Source: a virus
Lineage: Duplodnaviria; Caudoviricetes
Reading direction: 5' to 3' (one strand)
DNA length: 64,000 nucleotides
Virus record (IMG/VR): IMGVR_UViG_3300021255_002891
Location: 1-64,000 of that record
Shown here: positions 56,331 through 64,000 of the stretch, piece by piece
Layout of the letters: each line of letters opens with the position of its first letter
Numbering within the stretch: the first letter of the stretch is position 1
Notes under the pieces: model-generated
What the model was told of the DNA's origin: nothing
What the model saw: only the letters and a program-made list of their open reading frames with translations
The model's database searches: none
Program-made: the position numbers and the translations under genes

Positions 56331-58340
56331 TTAAACTAATCTACATTGAACTTGAATATCGTTCTTAGGATTTCTTATCTCATACATCGAGTTATAATCA
56401 CCATACAATACCTTATCTATTGCCATAAGGTCTATTTCTGCTGACATTGATGCGTTATCTTTAAGTATAAATGGTGTAGAACTCACTACCTCACACGTTC
56501 CCTCTGTTACTTCTGGAAGAGGGCATTTATCGCTGCTGTAACCTCCGAACCATATCTTATATACTCTTAGACTAATTAAGCTGACAACACCATCAAGCAA
56601 TGTTATTTCCTTTTCCAAGTCACCAACAAATATGTCATCACCCATATCGTGTTTATTAACATCAAAATATGCTGCCACTTTATTAATGATTGTTTCTATA
56701 ACGTTACCTGCATTATAGTTTTTGTCTATAAACACATCAATTGATATTCCAATATTATAGATGAGCCCACTTTTTATTTCAATATAATCATTAATTTGTT
56801 TATAATGAGACAAATACTCTATAACGTTTCTAACTAGCCTATCTGGTAAAGCTGAATCCAATTTTCCGCTAGCGTTAAGACCCAAGAAATCCATTTCTAC
56901 CTTATTATTGGTCTCAATGGCACAAGAACGGAAAGGAGCACCATATTTAGGAGGCATCTGCATCAGTTTTACTTTATAATCTTTAACTGTAACAGCACGA
57001 TTCTGTGCGGCAGTATTATACCTCATTAAGTGTTTTATCTCTTCTTCAGATGGCATATCCTTACCAGCGACAGCAGTTGATAGGTTTGTAACTTTCAAAG
57101 AAGAAATAACTCTACCACCCATATTTCCATTCCATCCTTGTAGTTCAGTGCTTCCGCCCCACTCTATGTTTGCAAGAGAAATGGTGTTAATTGAACCAGG
57201 ACCTAAATTACTTGATATGCCGCCACCAACACGATAAAGGATAAACATACTCCATCCAGCTTTAGGCAATATACCTAACATATTATTGTTAATTAAATTA
57301 GAAGCAACGCTGTCTGAATAGCTTGTTGCACTCTCAGGCACTGAATCATACCCATTTCCTGCCCCAAAAATAATTTTTATATAACCATTATCAGTAAATT
57401 CAGTAATGTATTTTTGCGTTAATGGCTTCCATCTTCCAATGTAATATCTACTAGTTCTTTGAGTATCACCACTTTCTGTGAATTCTGTGTAATCTTCGTA
57501 GAGTTCAGGTTGATATTTGTCTTTTATAACAAAATTGTCTATGTTACTATCTGTACCAAATCTCCATTGGTCTGCCAAAGAATCACATTCAAAAAACCTA
57601 TATGTCATAACTGCTTGACTGCTTTTTCTATACTCCTCTTCGTCAACATAAAATTCCCACAACTCAGGCGCACTAGAAAAGTCACTAGACTCTTTAAAAA
57701 TGATTGATTCAACATTCATCACATCATTTTCTGGAAGTACAAATTCCATAAATGGTTTTAAATCGTCAGCATTAATAATTTTCTTATATATTTTTGATAT
57801 ACCATTAATGGCAACTACAGATTTTGACACAGTATAACTAGTTATATTACCATTGCTATCTCTAGATGGGGTAATGGTTCTATTTGAAAAACCATTGCTA
57901 TTAAACTGATTTTTAAAATTAACATCCTCGGTTAATTCAAAGTTAAAAGCCCCAGCAGAAACAATACTAGATTTAAGCAATATTGGAGCATAATTCCAAT
58001 CAGGAATGCTTATATTCGTTGAATTTAATGGTAATTCACAACTAATTTCCACCTCACACATTGATGCTTTACGTCCAGGAATCTTAAAACCATTAGCCCT
58101 AGCTTGATTAAAAATAGTGCTCCTTAAATTTGCACTATCAATATTTGTCTCTTGATACATTCTATCTGTATGGTAAGACAAATCATCACCTACTGCTGAT
58201 ACAAGGTCTATAAACCAAGCACCAACACTAGAATCGTTAAAACTATCAGAAAGTTCAGGATAATATCTATTGCTAAACTTTATAAGTTCTTCTTTAATGC
58301 TATTAAAATCTCTGCTTAAATAATTAATTTTCTTTTCCAT
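56331..58340 (-). CDS. baseplate wedge protein (T4 gp6 / baseplate J-like)
   Basis: INYLSRDFNSIKEELIKF, FIDLVSAVGDDLSYHTD, SANLRSTIFNQARANGFK, QNRAVTVKDY; adjacent to the gp25-like gene. Confidence 0.88.
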   Translation of the reverse strand: MEKKINYLSRDFNSIKEELIKFSNRYYPELSDSFNDSSVGAWFIDLVSAVGDDLSYHTDRMYQETNIDSANLRSTIFNQARANGFKIPGRKASMCEVEISCELPLNSTNISIPDWNYAPILLKSSIVSAGAFNFELTEDVNFKNQFNSNGFSNRTITPSRDSNGNITSYTVSKSVVAINGISKIYKKIINADDLKPFMEFVLPENDVMNVESIIFKESSDFSSAPELWEFYVDEEEYRKSSQAVMTYRFFECDSLADQWRFGTDSNIDNFVIKDKYQPELYEDYTEFTESGDTQRTSRYYIGRWKPLTQKYITEFTDNGYIKIIFGAGNGYDSVPESATSYSDSVASNLINNNMLGILPKAGWSMFILYRVGGGISSNLGPGSINTISLANIEWGGSTELQGWNGNMGGRVISSLKVTNLSTAVAGKDMPSEEEIKHLMRYNTAAQNRAVTVKDYKVKLMQMPPKYGAPFRSCAIETNNKVEMDFLGLNASGKLDSALPDRLVRNVIEYLSHYKQINDYIEIKSGLIYNIGISIDVFIDKNYNAGNVIETIINKVAAYFDVNKHDMGDDIFVGDLEKEITLLDGVVSLISLRVYKIWFGGYSSDKCPLPEVTEGTCEVVSSTPFILKDNASMSAEIDLMAIDKVLYGDYNSMYEIRNPKNDIQVQCRLV

Positions 58341-58729
58341 TATAATTGTACTGCTATGCTATCATTAGTTACTTTATTCCCTTCCACAACGCTATAATCC
58401 AATCTAATGAATACTTCAGATTCATCTTCTGCGTTTTTTACTACATGTATGTCTCGTAAAGATATATTAGTTGCCCATCTGTTAACTGAATCTCTTATTT
58501 CATTCTTAACAGATTCCCAAGTCATACCATCACTCTGCTCAAAAATATACTTAATTAAATCAGTTCCAAACTCTGGATTTCTTATTCTTTGCCCCTTTGG
58601 AGTAAAGACAATATGCATTAACTGACTTTTAACTTTATCCTTTAAAGTGTTGTTGGCATCAACAAAAAAATGTTGAAAGCCATCAGACGTAAAGGGATAT
58701 TTAATACCGAAATACTGTTTTTTTGCCAT
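58340..58729 (-). CDS. baseplate wedge subunit (T4 gp25-like)
   Basis: FGIKYPF...VKSQLMHIVFTPKGQRIRNPEFGTDL. Confidence 0.92.
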   Translation of the reverse strand: MAKKQYFGIKYPFTSDGFQHFFVDANNTLKDKVKSQLMHIVFTPKGQRIRNPEFGTDLIKYIFEQSDGMTWESVKNEIRDSVNRWATNISLRDIHVVKNAEDESEVFIRLDYSVVEGNKVTNDSIAVQL

Positions 58730-58787
58730 TAGTTAAAATTATTTCTTATAAGTATCTAAAAAATAATAATTTTAATGATTTTATAAA

Positions 58788-58817
58788 TAAAAAAGGTGAC
58801 GATTACTCGCCACCTTT
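58788..58817 (-). terminator. Rho-independent terminator ending the nrd operon
   Basis: Minus strand AAAGGTGGCGA-GTAA-TCGTCACCTTT-TTT (GNRA loop). Confidence 0.75.
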
Positions 58818-59273
58818 CTTCTTCCAAAACAAAAAAGTATTGTCTTCCATTTCGTCATCTTTTATGACGTAAAACCTCTGATTTGTGGTTTCCTTATCCA
58901 AACCACCCAAGTCTTCTTTATACTCTCCAAGTTTAATAAAATCAAAGTTCTTCAAAGAAATGTCTTTGGATAACTCGTTTCTACCACTGTACCACCCTAC
59001 TTTTAACTTCTTAAAATGCTTTAAATAAAATGCATATCCATTGATATATTTGGGTTCTCTGTCACCACCCATAAAACAAACACACGTTATACCACTGTTT
59101 TTCTCAAGCAAACTGTTAAGTTCCTTTGCCGTTAATTCTGTTCCTTTATCTTCCCATAAAAACTGTGAATGACATCCCTTACAATGACAAGGGCAATTTG
59201 TAATGTTAATCGCTAAAGTAATTTCGTTAGGTATCTCTTCAAATACCACCATTGCATTATAATATTTTACCAT
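58803..59273 (-). CDS. nrdG: anaerobic ribonucleotide reductase activating protein (radical SAM)
   Basis: EIPNEITLAINITNCPCHCKGCHS (CxxxCxxC), CVCFMGG, GGL...TTNQRFY; same operon as nrdD. Confidence 0.93.
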   Translation of the reverse strand: MVKYYNAMVVFEEIPNEITLAINITNCPCHCKGCHSQFLWEDKGTELTAKELNSLLEKNSGITCVCFMGGDREPKYINGYAFYLKHFKKLKVGWYSGRNELSKDISLKNFDFIKLGEYKEDLGGLDKETTNQRFYVIKDDEMEDNTFLFWKKKGGE

Positions 59274-59277
59274 AAAT

Positions 59278-59511
59278 TTACCTTTTTGTTATGTAATCCC
59301 AATTTGAATCTTTTACATACAACCCACATTCACATTTATTTTTCATTGTGTAGTCAGTGCAAGGGCAGTGCAAATCTTTACCCTCATAGTCCTCAGAATT
59401 ATGCACACAAGGGCATAAACCATCGTTCTTCTCACACCTCTTGAGTATTGCATTGACAATTTTGTCATTTGGGTTTAAAACCCACCCATCTTTACGCAAT
59501 ATTGAAATCAT
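59278..59511 (-). CDS. ferredoxin:thioredoxin reductase catalytic-subunit-like protein
   Basis: LNPNDKIV..I......GLCPC-x13-CPC-x8-CECGLY. Confidence 0.85.
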   Translation of the reverse strand: MISILRKDGWVLNPNDKIVNAILKRCEKNDGLCPCVHNSEDYEGKDLHCPCTDYTMKNKCECGLYVKDSNWDYITKR

Positions 59512-59515
59512 CTTC

Positions 59516-60211
59516 TTAAATCTTTAGTTTCATTATGTAATCAAAACTCACCTTCTCGCACTTTATGACATTAATGACATTCTCATCTATTATTACCACA
59601 TTCTTCTCACCGCTCAAGTCTCTCTTTGAAAGCTTTCTTGTGTTCATGTCATATATAATTCCGTTGTACCCTTTTGACAACAGCAATTCATTCATTTGGT
59701 CATCCGAAAAGCCGTTAGTCTTTTGTATTCTGATATACTCATCCCTGCTGATATAATTAGGGTTCTGTATTTCAACGGTATAAATGTATGCATACCTTCT
59801 AACGGAATCTATTTCTTTTAAGAAATTAACCCATTCTTCCCTATTTCCGACACCATCGTTTATAAACTTGTTTACAAGCCTCTTAACAGACACTGTGTAG
59901 TTGTTGTTAAGATATGACGTTAAAATGCCGTTAGGGTCATCATATGAGTGTACACATGCGTTGTATTTATCCATTAGGGTTTCAGTATGTGACAATTCAT
60001 CAGCATAAAACATTGCCGTTTCCTTATCAGTTGTAAAATAGAGACCCTTTCCGAAATCTTGCGAATGCTGTCCAGTGTTTATTTTGGACATCAAGAACTT
60101 GTCAAATTTGTGTGGAGAACCATGATACAACAGTGTAGGGAGCATGTTTTTACTCTCTAGTGCCTCTTCGATTACTTTTTTTATTATATTATTAATTCTT
60201 TTATTTATCAT
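59516..60211 (-). CDS. ADP-ribosyltransferase-like protein (ART-PolyVal-like) with [ILV]xE leader
   Basis: LYHGS..FDKF......G....FGKGLYFT, YIYTVEI, KGYNGIIY; leader MINKRINNIIKKVIEEALES. ATG at 60211 (the track uses GTG at 60220). Confidence 0.75.
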   Translation of the reverse strand: MINKRINNIIKKVIEEALESKNMLPTLLYHGSPHKFDKFLMSKINTGQHSQDFGKGLYFTTDKETAMFYADELSHTETLMDKYNACVHSYDDPNGILTSYLNNNYTVSVKRLVNKFINDGVGNREEWVNFLKEIDSVRRYAYIYTVEIQNPNYISRDEYIRIQKTNGFSDDQMNELLLSKGYNGIIYDMNTRKLSKRDLSGEKNVVIIDENVINVIKCEKVSFDYIMKLKI

Positions 60212-60216
60212 AATAA

Positions 60217-62409
60217 TCACACGTTATTGTAATTTCTCATACTTTCCTCAACTTGTCTAGCTTCGTTGAACGAACTCACCCTCTTCAAGTATCCAATTAT
60301 CCTGGTTAAGTAATCTATATTATGACTGCCGCATTTAGGACACGTATCAATAGTATCTTTACTTATATAGCCGCAATCATTGCAAATGCTGTTTTTACAA
60401 TTAAAAGTAAAATATGAACAGCCATATTCAGAAGCAACTTTCAAAAGTTGTCTATATTGCGCAAAAGATAAATGTTCATTTATATTAATATGACAAGCTT
60501 GTCCTCCATCTAACCATTTAACGAAGTCATTACCATGTAACTTCATTTTATCTAAAATAGATAATGAATCATCTTCTGGGTTGAAAAAATAGCTGCTATA
60601 CATAATGTGTTTTGGTGATACATAGTATCCGTCTTTCTTATCCCAATTATAGTTCTTGTTTGAAAGGTTCTCACCAGGGACAAATTCACAGTTGTACATG
60701 CAGTCTCTAGTCTTATCCTTTCTATTTGAAATGTTGATGGTTTCAAGAACATTGTTCACAAACTCCTCATAATCAGCATTTAGATTAGGCTCTATGCCAA
60801 GGAATTCTGCTGCATCTGTCAAACCATTTACACCAACTGTAAGGTATTGCTTACGCATATTAATGAATCCAGCTCTATACACATCTAGCATCTTGGCATT
60901 GAGGAAATCCTTTATAATGTCATTAAATGCCCTTTGATACTTGTGTACTCTTTCAGTCATTTCGGTGATGCCGTTTGAAATGTACTCATACAGCACCTTT
61001 TTATCACTAACTTTATTGATGTCAACCTTTGCACCGTTCTCTAGTTTAATACTTTCTATCTCTTCAAAATACTGTCTTGTAGCGTTCTGTATAACACGGT
61101 TAAGATTGATGGTCATAACTGACTTTGAACCAGTTGCTACGGACGCAGTACCCATAGAGAATTGGTGTGTGGTGTGGTTATGCTCATCATCCTCACCATC
61201 TTTAAGAGAGTTTCTAAGTCTGCAACATGAACTCAATGAATCTGGTGAGTCACTTAAATAGCAGAAGAACGAATGCCCTTCAGCCCACATTTCAGCAGTG
61301 AAATCAGCATATTCCTTATCAACTATATCATGGCCATCTGTAAGCATTGCCATTGTCTCTACTGGGAACGTCAACACATATTTGTTTCTTTCCTCATTAA
61401 ACCACTTCATAAACTTCTTTTGAAGCCAAGACAGTGTTTCCCACTTTGGTGCTGTTCCATCTGGGAATCTGAATTCCCCAAATACTCCATCAAAATAGTT
61501 CTTGTCGAAATATCCGACATTCCAAAATACAGTTTGATAACCACGATTACCTGCTGGCATGTTCATTGAATGAACTACTTGTTGGAATGCATTTTCAATG
61601 ACTTGTTCAAGTGTTCTACCCTTTCTGTTTAGTTCAACAACCTTATCTAATATTGTTAGATAATCGTCACCATAGTCTTTTCTGATGAAATAATCCATAT
61701 ACATTAGGAATTCAGGTGTAGCCACAGCACCCATAAACTGTGATGACACAGAATATACAAGGTTTATAAACTCTCCACAATATGATTTAAGGTCGGTTGG
61801 GGCTTTTGACTGGCCACCTAGATTTCTTAATCCATCCACCAAGAACGGATACATTGTGATTGCCACGCAGTATGGGTATCCTGGAGTTCCACTCTCGTCA
61901 TGCTTATATAACACATGACTTTCCAAGTCTTTAATGTACTGGTCTGCAAGTTTTTTAGAATATAATGCTCTAATTTTGTTGTGCATTATATATCTGTTCT
62001 GCATAATATTTTTCCCTTTATGAAGCTCTTGGCCTAGGGTTACAACATTTTTGTTTTCTACATTGGCATTTGAGTCGTATTTTGAACCAGTTGATGCATT
62101 TGATGCGTTGATGTAATCTTGAATGAAATCTCTGTCTTTCTGCAACACATGCTGCTTACCTTCTTTTTCCTCATAGTTCTTAATGTAAGCTCTAGCCACT
62201 TTTTTGTTTACTGACATCAAAGCTTCTTCAACTTGTCTGCGTATTTCCTTTGAGCTTATCTTGTCATAAATGAAAAGATTCTTAATTAATGATTCAATAA
62301 GTCCATCAGGACAGACCTCATTTACAGCTACATATGCCTCGCAAATTCCATGCTTTACCTTCGAAGGGTTATATTCTTCAAAGTATCCTTCGCTTTTTCG
62401 TACTTCCAT
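60217..62409 (-). CDS. nrdD: class III (anaerobic) ribonucleoside-triphosphate reductase
   Basis: N-terminal ATP-cone-like region, PYCVAI, SSCCRLRN, VPGE, CNDC...CPKC zinc site, TRIIGYL glycyl-radical loop. Confidence 0.96.
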   Translation of the reverse strand: MEVRKSEGYFEEYNPSKVKHGICEAYVAVNEVCPDGLIESLIKNLFIYDKISSKEIRRQVEEALMSVNKKVARAYIKNYEEKEGKQHVLQKDRDFIQDYINASNASTGSKYDSNANVENKNVVTLGQELHKGKNIMQNRYIMHNKIRALYSKKLADQYIKDLESHVLYKHDESGTPGYPYCVAITMYPFLVDGLRNLGGQSKAPTDLKSYCGEFINLVYSVSSQFMGAVATPEFLMYMDYFIRKDYGDDYLTILDKVVELNRKGRTLEQVIENAFQQVVHSMNMPAGNRGYQTVFWNVGYFDKNYFDGVFGEFRFPDGTAPKWETLSWLQKKFMKWFNEERNKYVLTFPVETMAMLTDGHDIVDKEYADFTAEMWAEGHSFFCYLSDSPDSLSSCCRLRNSLKDGEDDEHNHTTHQFSMGTASVATGSKSVMTINLNRVIQNATRQYFEEIESIKLENGAKVDINKVSDKKVLYEYISNGITEMTERVHKYQRAFNDIIKDFLNAKMLDVYRAGFINMRKQYLTVGVNGLTDAAEFLGIEPNLNADYEEFVNNVLETINISNRKDKTRDCMYNCEFVPGENLSNKNYNWDKKDGYYVSPKHIMYSSYFFNPEDDSLSILDKMKLHGNDFVKWLDGGQACHININEHLSFAQYRQLLKVASEYGCSYFTFNCKNSICNDCGYISKDTIDTCPKCGSHNIDYLTRIIGYLKRVSSFNEARQVEESMRNYNNV

Positions 62410-62525
62410 TAAAGCAAAACGTTTTTATTCATTATTTTCATGTTCAATCGGTTAACCTTTTAAATTTTTTTCAATCTAGATGTAAGAATAAATATGCCAA
62501 AATCATTCAAAATTTTCCAAAAAAT

Positions 62526-62567
62526 AAAAAAAAATTGGCCATCAAATTGTAAACCTTTGATAGCCAA
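62526..62567 (-). terminator. Rho-independent terminator after the helicase
   Basis: Minus strand TTGGCTATCAAA-GGTTTACAA-TTTGATGGCCAA followed by a T run. Confidence 0.75.
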
Positions 62568-62629
62568 AATAATCTCTGAAAAAAAAATTTTTTTTAATTT
62601 TAGCACCAAAAAAACTATTTTTAGTATAT

Positions 62630-64000
62630 TTAATTAGTCTTTTTTGAAAAGCTTTTCACTATTTCAGCTTGGAGTTTTATCTTATCATCTTCCTTCTTTT
62701 TCTTAACCTCTAAAAGACTGTCCATTTCATTGACATTATCAGTGCTGATACGGCATGTACCGTTGTTGAACTCAACGTTATCAAAGACTTTTCCGCTCTT
62801 TCCTGCACGATTTTTAAGGATAGCTATTGTTGCCTTATTGTCAGCGATGTCTTCTACAGTTCTTGCGATTGACATGATTACGTGAGCTATCTGTGCTTTC
62901 TTCACAGAACCGCCTATCTTATCCATTGTAACCAACTCTAAGTTGATTGAGTCTTTTGTTCCTTGCGATGGAATCCAAATGGCCATATCAAGCTCGCCAG
63001 CCATTGCTTCAAACCTACGCATGGTTTTACCTTCCTTTTCAAACTCGTTGGTGATTGACTTGTCAGTTTCATGCTCCAAACACTCGAAATAGTCAATAAT
63101 TGTTAAGTCTGGTTTAAAACCACTGTTTATCAACCTTTTGATATACCTTTCAATTTGCCTAGCTGTTTTTTCGCCACTTGGAAACTTAACAATTCTTAAA
63201 TTCTTTTGAAGTTCTTCCTTCTGTGGAAAACTATCAATTGTAGCCCTTACATAATCTATGTTACTAGGTTTTGAAAGGTCTTTGGCTTCAATACCTGTAA
63301 TACGTCCTATGTGCTTCCTTTGAATTTGCTTAATTCTATCCTCAAATACAATCTGCAAAACCTTATATCCGCTACAAGCTGCATGTGAAGCCATTGCAGT
63401 TGTTAAAGATGTGTTATGAGTCACAATGAAATTATCTGTTAAATAAAGTTCATCTTCAGCATCCACTTTAATACATTGCCCATCACATATTCTTGACTTC
63501 TCAACTCTATCAAAAAACCTTTCATCGCTACGCAATGTTCTATAAACAACTCTGTCTTGCTTCCTCTTTAATCTGAAAATTGGTATTGAACTATCACACA
63601 ATGTAATAGTTACTTCATAATGAGTGCCACAGTCTCTAATCTCATTATACTTTTTGTTAAAATATTTAGCTCGCTTTTCTCTAACTTTCGCAAAGCCACC
63701 AAGTGATAATACAAGAATTTTAATATCTTCTGCAAGTTGTTTTGACTTGGTATTAAAGCAAGAACACCCATTTTTCATGCAAGTACCGTCACTATCCATA
63801 AGTCCATTAAGAATCGCAATTCTATCCTCTAATGAGCTATATAGATAATCTTCTGGAATATATTTTCCACTAGATGTTAAAGATAAATCAAAATATTTCG
63901 ACAATTCTTTTTTCAAATTAGCGCCATAGCTCAATGAAAATGCCCTATTTTTTCTTTCATACAAATTGAATTTAAAATTACATTCTGACAATAATTTAGA
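62630..64000 (-). CDS. DnaB/gp41-like replicative helicase, C-terminal part, interrupted by an intein (5' end outside window)
   Basis: C-extein TSLTTAMA (end of Walker A), QIVFED, IIDYFECL (Walker B), IWIPSQ, ILKNRAG; the frame stays open to the window edge. Confidence 0.9.
   Translation of the reverse strand, partial: SKLLSECNFKFNLYERKNRAFSLSYGANLKKELSKYFDLSLTSSGKYIPEDYLYSSLEDRIAILNGLMDSDGTCMKNGCSCFNTKSKQLAEDIKILVLSLGGFAKVREKRAKYFNKKYNEIRDCGTHYEVTITLCDSSIPIFRLKRKQDRVVYRTLRSDERFFDRVEKSRICDGQCIKVDAEDELYLTDNFIVTHNTSLTTAMASHAACSGYKVLQIVFEDRIKQIQRKHIGRITGIEAKDLSKPSNIDYVRATIDSFPQKEELQKNLRIVKFPSGEKTARQIERYIKRLINSGFKPDLTIIDYFECLEHETDKSITNEFEKEGKTMRRFEAMAGELDMAIWIPSQGTKDSINLELVTMDKIGGSVKKAQIAHVIMSIARTVEDIADNKATIAILKNRAGKSGKVFDNVEFNNGTCRISTDNVNEMDSLLEVKKKKEDDKIKLQAEIVKSFSKKTN
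63413..64000 (-). mobile_element. intein with LAGLIDADG homing endonuclease in the helicase P-loop
   Basis: LNGLMDSDG LAGLIDADG block, QCIKVD...LYLTDNFIVTHN C-terminal splicing motif, Thr as the +1 extein residue (63410-63412). Confidence 0.93.

Noticed and set aside
523-63848. The many short opposite-strand ORFs in the track (e.g. 523..708, 6382..6765, 18509..19129, 33156..33444, 43544..43837)
   Set aside because: They lie fully antisense to, or in alternative frames of, well-supported genes and show the Ser/Leu/Phe-rich composition typical of shadow ORFs.
1-64000. Stop-codon reassignment (TAG to Gln, as in Lak and some crAss-like phages)
   Set aside because: Genes up to 2303 aa are intact in the standard code, TAG ends genes at sensible boundaries (15009, 56075), and no suppressor tRNA is present. 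The UAA anticodon at 3819..3911 reads UUA (Leu), not a stop codon.

Overview
This is a 64-kb, AT-rich (roughly 30% GC by eye) piece of a large tailed dsDNA phage genome, read in the standard genetic code, with most genes on the minus strand. The host is very likely Bacteroidota (Prevotella/Bacteroides-like): seven intergenic sites carry the Bacteroidota sigma-A promoter TTTG-N19/20-TAnnTTTG. A gp25-like and a gp6-like baseplate wedge gene indicate a contractile (myovirus-type) tail. From left to right the window holds: (1) small accessory genes and a tRNA cluster (Gln-UUG, Leu-UAA, Leu-AAG, Leu-CAA) interrupted by an HNH endonuclease; (2) nucleoside deoxyribosyltransferase-like, ClpP, Mom-like and vWA genes; (3) a probable holin/spanin pair; (4) a block of probable internal head proteins; (5) a sigma70-family factor, Rad50/gp46, RuvC-like resolvase, C5 methyltransferase, GT2-DUF616 glycosyltransferase, primase, amidase endolysin and Mre11/gp47 nuclease; (6) about 27 kb of very large tail/baseplate genes; (7) nrdG, a ferredoxin:thioredoxin-reductase-like gene, an ADP-ribosyltransferase-like gene, nrdD and an intein-containing DnaB-like helicase cut by the window end. 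The best leads are these. A reusable [ILV]-x-E-rich leader (RLTESDLHxIVxESVxRIL) is attached to unrelated payloads, suggesting a modular set of capsid-packaged, injected effectors. A tRNA-Gln has all three bases of the U8-A14-A21 triple changed, and there is an A34 tRNA-Leu(AAG). A second promoter motif, TATTTATA, precedes virion-type genes. A redoxin-type NrdD sits with its own mini ferredoxin:disulfide reductase, and there is a possible beta-hairpin unimolecular spanin. All family assignments come from recognising motifs by eye; no database searches were run.
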